From: Actinomycetota bacterium
Lineage (GTDB): Bacteria > Actinomycetota > JAICYB01
DNA length: 64,000 bases
NCBI GenBank assembly: GCA_040905525.1
Contig: JBBDRJ010000006.1
Location: 268,858-332,857, forward strand
Direction of reading: 5' to 3'
The translations under genes and the position numbers were made by a program. This document shows, piece by piece, positions 56,766 to 64,000 of this stretch (its first letter is position 1; the number at the start of each line of letters is the position of its first letter). A model generated the notes under the pieces. That model worked only from the letters and a program-made list of their open reading frames with translations. It searched no databases and had not been told where the DNA came from.

Positions 56766-57960
56766 TACCCTGCCTTTCGGCCCACACGCGAAGCGGTAGC
56801 GACCACAGACGGATGAACCCCGCTGCATCTTCGTGACGGAACGCGTCCTCGGCCGATCCGTACGTAGCCAGGCCCGTGTCGTACAAACCATGAGCCGAAC
56901 GGCGCCCGATCGCCTGCGCACTCCCCTTCAGCAGTCGCATCTTCACTTCGCCCGTGACGTGGGTCTGCGTCGCGTCGACGAAAGCGTCGAGCGCGGTGCG
57001 CAGCGGTGCGAACCACAATCCGTTGTAGACGAGGTCCGCGTACCTGTCCTCGATAGAGCGCTTGAAGCGTCCGACGTCGCGTTCCAGAGTCAGACCTTCC
57101 AGATCCTTGTGAGCTCCGATCAGCGTCGTTGCCGCCGGCACCTCGTACACCTCGCGCGACTTGATGCCCACGAGACGGTTCTCGATCATGTCGATCCGTC
57201 CGACGCCGTGACGACCGGCGAGCACGTGCACCTTTGAGACCAGATCGAGCGGATCGAGGACCTTGCCGTCCAGCGACACCGGCGTGCCCTTATCGAAGCC
57301 GATCACGATGTCGTCCGGCGCGTCCGGCCATTCACTTTCCTGCGACGTCATCTCGTAGACGTCTTTGGCCGGCGGTTCGGCCCACGGGTCCTCCAGCACA
57401 CCGGACTCGCTGGCGCGCCCCCAGAGGTTCTCGTCGACCGAGAACGGCTTGTCCGCCGTCACCGTCACCGGGATGCCGTGCTCCTTGGCGTAGGAGATCG
57501 CCTGGTCGCGCTGCATCGCCGTTTCGCGTATAGGTGCGTGGATCTCCAGGTCCGGTGCCAGCGCAGCGATGGAGGACTCGAACCGCACCTGATCGTTCCC
57601 CTTGCCCGTGCAACCGTGCGCCACTGCGGTTGCGCGCTTCTCGCGAGCTATCCGCACCAGATGGCGAGCGATCAGAGGACGGGAGAGCGCCGATACGAGC
57701 GGGTAGCGGCCCTCGTATAAAGCGTTGGCGCGCAGTGTCGGCCAGCAGAACTCCGTGACGAACTCCTCGCGCGCGTCGAGGATCTCCAGGTCCGACACGC
57801 CGGCGGCCTCGGCCCGGACGCGGACACCGTCGAGCTCGCGTCCTTGGCCGACGTCGACGGTCACGGCAACGACTTCGAACCCTCTTTCTGCCCGCAGCCA
57901 TGCCGCGCAAACAGATGTGTCGAGCCCGCCGGAGAAGGCAAGAACGCAGCGCTTGGTCAC
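56746..57960 (-). CDS. argG: argininosuccinate synthase
   Basis: AFSGGLDTS P-loop-like motif. Confidence 0.95.
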   Translation of the reverse strand: MTKRCVLAFSGGLDTSVCAAWLRAERGFEVVAVTVDVGQGRELDGVRVRAEAAGVSDLEILDAREEFVTEFCWPTLRANALYEGRYPLVSALSRPLIARHLVRIAREKRATAVAHGCTGKGNDQVRFESSIAALAPDLEIHAPIRETAMQRDQAISYAKEHGIPVTVTADKPFSVDENLWGRASESGVLEDPWAEPPAKDVYEMTSQESEWPDAPDDIVIGFDKGTPVSLDGKVLDPLDLVSKVHVLAGRHGVGRIDMIENRLVGIKSREVYEVPAATTLIGAHKDLEGLTLERDVGRFKRSIEDRYADLVYNGLWFAPLRTALDAFVDATQTHVTGEVKMRLLKGSAQAIGRRSAHGLYDTGLATYGSAEDAFRHEDAAGFIRLWSLPLRVWAERQGNGEAES

Positions 57961-58427
57961 GACGCCACCCCGAGATCCCCGATGCGTTTGGCCACGCGCT
58001 TGCCGCCCGAACGTTCGTCGGCCACGACGATGACCGTGTCGTCACCGGCCACTGTGCCGAGAACGCCCGGGAGGCCGGCTTGGTCGAGGACCGCGGCCAC
58101 GGTCGGCGCCATCCCCGGATAAGTGCGGACGACGACGAGGTTCGCGGAGGTCGCGATGTCTCGCACCAGCTCGGCGAACACTCGCTTGCCGAAACCGGTC
58201 GGAGGACCGTTCCTCTCCGGCAGGCCGTAGACGATCTTTCCGTTGTCGTGCTTGCGCATGGCCCCGATGTCGTCCAGGTCTCGGGAGATCGTGGCCTGCG
58301 TCGCACGCACACCCACGCTCGCCAGACGTTCGACTATCTCTTCCTGCGTCGCTTCCAACCCTCTCTCGAGCAACTCGAGGAGAAGCTTGCGGCGCTTGGC
58401 GCGGTCACCCGTCGTCGTGCGCGGCAT
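57957..58427 (-). CDS. argR: arginine repressor
   Basis: ArgR wHTH followed by an oligomerisation domain. Confidence 0.9.
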   Translation of the reverse strand: MPRTTTGDRAKRRKLLLELLERGLEATQEEIVERLASVGVRATQATISRDLDDIGAMRKHDNGKIVYGLPERNGPPTGFGKRVFAELVRDIATSANLVVVRTYPGMAPTVAAVLDQAGLPGVLGTVAGDDTVIVVADERSGGKRVAKRIGDLGVAS

Positions 58428-59347
58428 CAGTGACCTCCGAAGATCTTGAGGAAGACGGCAACCGTCGTATGCAGTCGGTTCTCAGCCTGGTCGAACACGC
58501 GCGAGGCACGTCCGTCGATGACGTCGGCTTCGACCTCCTCGCCGCGATGCGCGGGAAGGCAGTGAAGGAAGATAGCGTCCTTTGCCGCGTGCGACATCAG
58601 CTCGGCCCCCACGCGATAGGGCGCGAACAGCTCCTTGCGGGCGTCCGCCTCGGCTTCCTGTCCCATCGATGCCCAAACGTCGGTGTAGACGACGTCTGCT
58701 TCCGTCACGGCCTCGACTGGATCCGCAGTGACCGCCACCTCGCCTCCGCGAGTGCGCGCCCACTCGACTATCCCGTCATCGGGAGCGTGCCCCGGCGGGC
58801 CGGCGATCGTCACCGCGGTCCCGGTGAGGGCGCAGGCTTCGATCAGAGAGTGCGCGACGTTGTTGCCGTCGCCGACGAAGGCGATGCGCACCGACTTGAG
58901 AGCCCGGACATCCCCGGCGCAGCACTCCTCGGCCACCGTCTGAAGGTCAGCGAGAGCCTGCATCGGGTGGTGCGCATCCGACAACGCGTTGATCACGGGG
59001 ACGTTCGCCGCAGTCGCAAGCTTCTCCACCCGCTCATGCTCGAAGGTTCGGATCACGATGGCGTCGACGTAGCGCTCCAGAACGCGTCCCGCGTCTTCGA
59101 CGGACTCCCGGGAGCCGAGACCCACCTCACGGTCGTAAGCGCCGATCGGATGGGCGCCGAGACGCGCCAGAGCAGCCTCGACGGAGAAGCGCGTCCGCAG
59201 AGACGGCTTCTCGAACAGGACGGCAACCGACCGTCCATCCGCCATTCCGCGGATAGAGGCCGGATCGCGCTTGGTCGCGATGGCGCTTTCCAAGAGCTCG
59301 ACGAGCTCGGTGGCGTCCAGGTCGGCGACGCGCAGGAGATCGTTCAT
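58427..59347 (-). CDS. argF: ornithine carbamoyltransferase
   Basis: STRTR and HCLP motifs. Confidence 0.95.
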   Translation of the reverse strand: MNDLLRVADLDATELVELLESAIATKRDPASIRGMADGRSVAVLFEKPSLRTRFSVEAALARLGAHPIGAYDREVGLGSRESVEDAGRVLERYVDAIVIRTFEHERVEKLATAANVPVINALSDAHHPMQALADLQTVAEECCAGDVRALKSVRIAFVGDGNNVAHSLIEACALTGTAVTIAGPPGHAPDDGIVEWARTRGGEVAVTADPVEAVTEADVVYTDVWASMGQEAEADARKELFAPYRVGAELMSHAAKDAIFLHCLPAHRGEEVEADVIDGRASRVFDQAENRLHTTVAVFLKIFGGH

Positions 59348-60510
59348 CCGCGTACCGCCTCGATCGATGCGCGCAGCTTCTCCGCACCTTCGAGCGCTTG
59401 TTCCTCGGTGATGATCAACGGTGGAGCCAGTCGGATCGACGTCGGGTTCACGTCGTTGACCACGATCCCTCGCTCCAGTCCCGCGCGAACGACGTCGGAT
59501 GCGATGGGCTCACCCAGCTCCACTGCGAGCAGGAGGCCACGCCCACGAACTTCGGTCCCCAGCGGCGCGAGGGCCGCGCGAAGGGACTCGCCCACCTTGC
59601 GCGCGTTCGCGATGAGCCCGTCCTTTTCGATCGTCTCGAACACGGCAACGGCGGCCGCGCACGCCAAAGGATTTCCGCCCTGCGTTGTTCCGTGATCGGA
59701 AGGCTGGAAAGCATCGACGTAATCGGCGTCAACCCACAAAGCTCCGGCCGGAACACCGCCGCCCAAACCCTTGGCCAGTGTCACGGTATCGGGGCGGATC
59801 CCGTAGTGCTCGATCCCCCACCAGGCTCCCGTGCGCCCCATCCCCGTTTGGATCTCGTCGACGACGAGCATCGCGTTGTGCTCTGTCGTCAGGGCTCGGG
59901 CCGCCTTGGCGAAGTCGTCGGAAATCGGACGGATCCCGATCTCACCCTGGATCGGCTCGATGAAGACGGCGGCCGTGTGTTCGCCGACCGCGGCCTCCAG
60001 AGCTGCCACGTCGTCGAAGGGCACGGTGACGACGCCGGCCGGTAGCGGCGCGAAGCCCTCCCATTTAGCGGGTTGGACGGTTATGGAAAGGGAGCCGAGC
60101 GTGCGTCCGTGGAAGGAACCCTCGATCGCCACGATCTCCGTGCGCCCGGGCTGCCCCGCGCGCCACGCGCGCTTGCGGACGAGCTTGATCGCGGCTTCGT
60201 TGGCTTCGGTGCCCGAGTTGCAGAAGAAGACGCCACCCGGGCCGATCCTGTCAACGATCGCTTCAGCCGCGGCTGTGCCCGGTCCGTGGTGAAAGAGGCT
60301 CGTCGTGTGAAGAACCTTGGCCGCCTGCTCGGAGATCGCCCTTACGAGAGCGGGATGAGCGTGTCCGAGCAGACTGACGGCGATGCCGGCCATGAGGTCG
60401 AGATACCGTCCGCCCTTCTCGTCGAACAGCCAAACACCCTCTCCACGCTCGAACACTACCGAGTGACGGCGGAAGAGAGGCAAGAAGGGCGCATGGGGAA
60501 GGGTCTTCAC
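59344..60510 (-). CDS. argD: acetylornithine aminotransferase
   Basis: Class III PLP aminotransferase. DEIQTG motif. Confidence 0.95.
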   Translation of the reverse strand: MKTLPHAPFLPLFRRHSVVFERGEGVWLFDEKGGRYLDLMAGIAVSLLGHAHPALVRAISEQAAKVLHTTSLFHHGPGTAAAEAIVDRIGPGGVFFCNSGTEANEAAIKLVRKRAWRAGQPGRTEIVAIEGSFHGRTLGSLSITVQPAKWEGFAPLPAGVVTVPFDDVAALEAAVGEHTAAVFIEPIQGEIGIRPISDDFAKAARALTTEHNAMLVVDEIQTGMGRTGAWWGIEHYGIRPDTVTLAKGLGGGVPAGALWVDADYVDAFQPSDHGTTQGGNPLACAAAVAVFETIEKDGLIANARKVGESLRAALAPLGTEVRGRGLLLAVELGEPIASDVVRAGLERGIVVNDVNPTSIRLAPPLIITEEQALEGAEKLRASIEAVRG

Positions 60511-61382
60511 GAGAACTCCACCATCGTTCCCACTCCTTCATCGGTGAAGATCTCGAGCAGTAAGGCGTGCTCGACTCGCCCGTCGAGGATGTGCGCGCGC
60601 TCCACTCCCGCCTTGAGGGCGCCGACGCATCCGCGCACCTTGGGGATCATTCCGGCCGAGAGCTTCCCGGCGGCCAGCAGTCCTTCGAGCGCCGCCACCG
60701 TTACGCGCGAGAGCAGCGATCCGGCATCTCCCAGGTCCTCGTACAGTCCCTCAACATCGGTGAGGAACACGAGCTTCGTCGCGCCCAGCGCGGCTGCCAC
60801 AGCCGCCGCGGCGTGATCGGCGTTGATGTTCAGAACCTGCCCGCCGGCCACGCCCATGGGGGCGACGACCGGGATGTATCCCGACTTCAAGAGCTCACGC
60901 AGCATCCGTGCATCGACCCGATCCACCTCCCCGACGAACCCGAGATCGGCGCCATCGAGCGCATTCATCTTCTTCGCGCGGATCAGATTGGCGTCCTCAC
61001 CGGATACACCTACTCCGAGGTCCCCGTGGGCGTTGAGCAACGAGACGAGATCCTTGTTCGTCTTCTGTAGGACCATGCGCACGACATCCAGCTCTTCGGC
61101 CCCCGTTACACGGTAGCCGTCGATGAACTGAGGCTCCTGGTCCAGACGCTTCATCAGATCGGAGATCTGCGGGCCGCCGCCGTGGACCACGACTGGACGC
61201 ATCCCCACGTAGTGCATAAGAGCGATGTCGCTTGCGAAGGAACGGGCCATCGCGGGGTCGATCATGGCGTGGCCGCCGTACTTGATCACGACGACCTTCC
61301 CCGAGAAGCGAGTGATGTACGGCAGTGACTCGATGAGAGTGCGCGCCTTGTCGACCACGGTGGACGTGTCACCCCTCGTCAT
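60507..61382 (-). CDS. argB: acetylglutamate kinase
   Basis: VVIKYGG and HGGGP motifs. Start at MTRGD. Confidence 0.9.
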   Translation of the reverse strand: MTRGDTSTVVDKARTLIESLPYITRFSGKVVVIKYGGHAMIDPAMARSFASDIALMHYVGMRPVVVHGGGPQISDLMKRLDQEPQFIDGYRVTGAEELDVVRMVLQKTNKDLVSLLNAHGDLGVGVSGEDANLIRAKKMNALDGADLGFVGEVDRVDARMLRELLKSGYIPVVAPMGVAGGQVLNINADHAAAAVAAALGATKLVFLTDVEGLYEDLGDAGSLLSRVTVAALEGLLAAGKLSAGMIPKVRGCVGALKAGVERAHILDGRVEHALLLEIFTDEGVGTMVEFS

Positions 61383-62560
61383 GTCGTGTACTCCGCGTTG
61401 AACGTCACGTACTCGGGCGTGAGATCGCACGTCAGGAACTCGAAGGACCCCGTGCCCAGCCCCATGTCGACTTCGATCACGGCGTCACCGCCTTCGGCCA
61501 GAGCCTTCGCTGCTTCTCCTCGCCTCTCGGTCTCCACACCGCCGCGCGACAGCTCGATCCCCGCCATCGAGACGTTGATCAGCTCCGGATTCACCTGCAC
61601 CGGTGCCTGACCGATGGCCTGCACGATTCGTCCGAGATTCGGATCGTTGCCGTACACGGCGGCGCGTAGGAGGTCGGAGTGCGCTATCTCGCGTGCGGCT
61701 TCGCGCGCATCATCGGCCGACGCCGCCCCCCTCACTTGAACTCTGATAACCCGCGTAGCGCCCTCACCGTCGGCGACTACTGCATAAGCGAGCTCGGCCA
61801 TCACCTCGTACACGGCATTCGCGAAGTCCCCGGACCCTTCGGTGTCGATGCCGGATGCCCCGTTCGCAAAGAGCAACAACGTGTCACTCGTCGACATGCA
61901 GCCGTCGATGGTGACCGCGTTGAACGTCGTTTCGACGAACGGACTCAGCACATCGCGGAGTGCTTCTGGTCCGATGGCGGCATCGGTCGTGAGAAAGACG
62001 AGCAAGGTCGCCTGCGGCTCCATCTTGGGAGCGATCATCCCCGCCCCCTTGGCCATGCCACCCACGGTGACGAGCCGGCCTCCGATCGTCACGGCTCGGG
62101 TGCTCATCTTCGGCTTCGTATCCGTGGTGAGGATCGCTGCGGCAGCGTCGGCGCCGCCTTCGATGGACAGAGCCTTGGACACCTGCTCGATCTCCGGCAA
62201 CAGGACGTCGACGGGGAGCCGGGGGCCGATGGTGCCGGTAGCGCACATCAGCATCTCGTCGGACGGCGTCCCGGTCGCCAGCGCGGCGGCTTCCGTAAGG
62301 ACTTTCGCGTCCTCCAAACCCGCCGCACCGGTGAAGGCGTTCGCGATCCCGGCGGACACGAGCACGCTACGCGCCTTTCCGGAAGAAACCACCGGGCGGC
62401 ACAACGTGACGTGCGCCGACGGCACGCGGCTCGTCGTAAAGGCGCCGGTCACCACGGCCGGGTGCTCGGACCAAACAAGTGCCAGATCCAGATCGCCCGA
62501 CGGCTTCGTCCCCGCGCGAAGTCCCGCGGCCATCCAGCCCTCCGCCGCGGTAACGCTCAT
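61379..62560 (-). CDS. argJ: bifunctional glutamate N-acetyltransferase / amino-acid acetyltransferase
   Basis: ArgJ family; self-cleaving …ATML… threonine region. Start at MSVTAAEG. Confidence 0.9.
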   Translation of the reverse strand: MSVTAAEGWMAAGLRAGTKPSGDLDLALVWSEHPAVVTGAFTTSRVPSAHVTLCRPVVSSGKARSVLVSAGIANAFTGAAGLEDAKVLTEAAALATGTPSDEMLMCATGTIGPRLPVDVLLPEIEQVSKALSIEGGADAAAAILTTDTKPKMSTRAVTIGGRLVTVGGMAKGAGMIAPKMEPQATLLVFLTTDAAIGPEALRDVLSPFVETTFNAVTIDGCMSTSDTLLLFANGASGIDTEGSGDFANAVYEVMAELAYAVVADGEGATRVIRVQVRGAASADDAREAAREIAHSDLLRAAVYGNDPNLGRIVQAIGQAPVQVNPELINVSMAGIELSRGGVETERRGEAAKALAEGGDAVIEVDMGLGTGSFEFLTCDLTPEYVTFNAEYTT

Positions 62561-63594
62561 GGGTACACACCGCCGCCGGTGAGCCCGGCGGTCTCTTCGA
62601 GCCCGAGCATGAGATTGGCGTTCTGGATCATCTGACCGGCCGCGCCCTTGCCGAGGTTGTCGATCGCGCACGTGATGACCAGGTGTCCGGTGCGCTCGTC
62701 GCCGCCCACGGCGATCAGCGCTTGATTGGTCCCCGATGCATGCTTCGTCGCCGGTTGTGCACCGAGCGGAAGGACGCGGACGAAGGGCTCGCCCTTGTAC
62801 GCGGTGGCGAGAGCGTCATAGGCGTCGCCGACGCTGCCGAGTGCTTGTGCGTAGCACGTAGCCAGCAGGCCCCGTGCCATGGGAGCCAGATGTGGAGTGA
62901 ACGTGACGACGACATCGGTGCCCGCAGCGAGTGACAGCTCCTGCTCGATCTCCGGGGTGTGGCGATGCTTGCCCACTCCGTAGGCCTTGAACGAAGCATC
63001 GAGCTCGGAGAACAGGTAGTCGGCGTCGACCTTGCGTCCGGCACCGCTGACGCCGGACACCGCGTCGACCACGATTCCCGCCGGTGCCACCAAACGCTCC
63101 TGCAACAAGGGCGCCAGAGCCAGGACGGCGGCCGTCGGATAGCACCCAGGACTCGCCACGCGACTCGACCCAGAGATCTCGTCGCGATGGAGCTCGGGGA
63201 GTCCGTACACCCAGGACGCGAGCTCGTCGGGGTGCGGATGCTCGAAGTCGTACCACTGGCTGTAGGCCGCGGCGTCGTGCAGACGCCAGTCCGCGGACAG
63301 GTCCACGACTCGGATCCCCCGATCGGCGAGCGTACGGCCGCGGGAGGCAGCGGCTCCGTGAGGCAGCGCTAGGAAGGCAACATCCACGTCGGGGACGGTG
63401 GCGGGGTCGGTGGTCGCGAGCTCAACGTCCGAGAGGTGGGACAAGTGCCCGAAGACCTCGCCAACGAGCTTCCCGGCGTTCTGGTCGGCCGTGGCCCAGG
63501 CGAGCTCGAGGTAGGGATGCGCCACCAGATAGCGCAAGAGCTCCCCTCCGGCGTAGCCGGAGGCGCCCAGGACGGCAACCTTGTGCTTGTTCAT
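62557..63594 (-). CDS. argC: N-acetyl-gamma-glutamyl-phosphate reductase
   Basis: N-terminus VAVLGASGYAG. Catalytic Cys in …SGCYPT…. Confidence 0.9.
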   Translation of the reverse strand: MNKHKVAVLGASGYAGGELLRYLVAHPYLELAWATADQNAGKLVGEVFGHLSHLSDVELATTDPATVPDVDVAFLALPHGAAASRGRTLADRGIRVVDLSADWRLHDAAAYSQWYDFEHPHPDELASWVYGLPELHRDEISGSSRVASPGCYPTAAVLALAPLLQERLVAPAGIVVDAVSGVSGAGRKVDADYLFSELDASFKAYGVGKHRHTPEIEQELSLAAGTDVVVTFTPHLAPMARGLLATCYAQALGSVGDAYDALATAYKGEPFVRVLPLGAQPATKHASGTNQALIAVGGDERTGHLVITCAIDNLGKGAAGQMIQNANLMLGLEETAGLTGGGVYP

Positions 63595-63648
63595 ACGGAA
63601 GAACGAATATACATGCAGTCCGGGCCCGGGGCAAGCTTTCCCGGGAGC

Positions 63649-63927
63649 CTAGAGCGGCTCGGCCAGGACGTCCTGCTCTTCGGGGTGCCGTTCCAGGAAG
63701 GAGCGCACGAACGGGCACGTCGGAACGACCTTGAGCCCCCGCTCCCGCGCGTCGGCCAGCGCGGCTCGAACGAGCTGCGACCCGACGCCTCGGCCCTCGA
63801 GGTCATCGGGCACCTCCGTGTGGATGAGGTTCAGCCGTTCACCGTTCTCGTGGAACGTCAAGAAAGCGGCATGCCCGTCCAGTTCCGTCTCGAACCGCTC
63901 GGTTGAGTCGTTACGCTCGACCGTCAC
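63649..63927 (-). CDS. small GNAT-like N-acetyltransferase (Acetyltransf_CG-type)
   Basis: ~90 aa, …RFETELDGHAAFLTFHENGERLNLIHTEVPDDLEGRGVGSQLVRAALADARERGLKVVPTCPFV…. Confidence 0.6.
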   Translation of the reverse strand: MTVERNDSTERFETELDGHAAFLTFHENGERLNLIHTEVPDDLEGRGVGSQLVRAALADARERGLKVVPTCPFVRSFLERHPEEQDVLAEPL

Positions 63928-64000
63928 CGGATCTCGGCGCCGTGCTGTTCCCGGCACGCCTGCGCGATCGCTTCGCGGGCGGCGTCTGCCTCCTCAGATC

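Noticed and set aside
57332-58312. 326-aa minus-strand ORF
   Set aside because: Off-frame across argG/argR; Arg-rich.
61679-62635. 318-aa plus-strand ORF
   Set aside because: Antisense to argJ.

Overview
High-GC (about 70%) actinobacterial chromosomal segment, densely coding, mostly on the minus strand. The backbone is conserved housekeeping synteny familiar from Mycobacterium, Corynebacterium and Streptomyces.

Backbone genes, in window order: a CDP-alcohol phosphatidyltransferase (partial), tRNA-Pro(GGG), der, a cmk-plsC fusion, aroA, tyrA, an AroH-type chorismate mutase, rluB, scpB, scpA, an M50 protease, a DksA/TraR-like zinc-finger protein, xerD, a ClpN-domain protein, a NUDIX hydrolase, pyrG, a cell-envelope glycan/lipid cluster of about 10 kb, steB(mctB), steA, recN, a PEP-mutase-family gene, nadK, tlyA, a rhomboid protease, a HAD hydrolase, two TPR proteins, a DUF1015 protein, sodA, three prepilin/PilX-like genes, an MBL hydrolase, tyrS, a class A PBP, mpg, gdh, the full argCJBDFRGH operon and a small GNAT gene.

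The stand-out feature is an 8.7-kb integrated element at 1310..10057. It is inserted at the 3' end of tRNA-Pro(GGG) and bounded by a perfect 44-bp direct repeat (the tRNA 3' end). The element carries a tyrosine integrase, a winged-HTH (Rep/regulator-like) protein, an HK97-fold major capsid gene directly abutting a tail tape-measure gene, a WhiB-like regulator with a zinc-ribbon extension, and several tiny translationally coupled ORFs. It has no terminase, portal, protease, major tail or lysis genes, so it reads as a miniature satellite-like or domesticated phage element rather than an ordinary prophage.

No CRISPR array or rRNA was found. Many long ORFs in the supplied track are antisense or out-of-frame high-GC artefacts and were rejected. 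All family and domain assignments below come from motif reading and recall, not from database searches.
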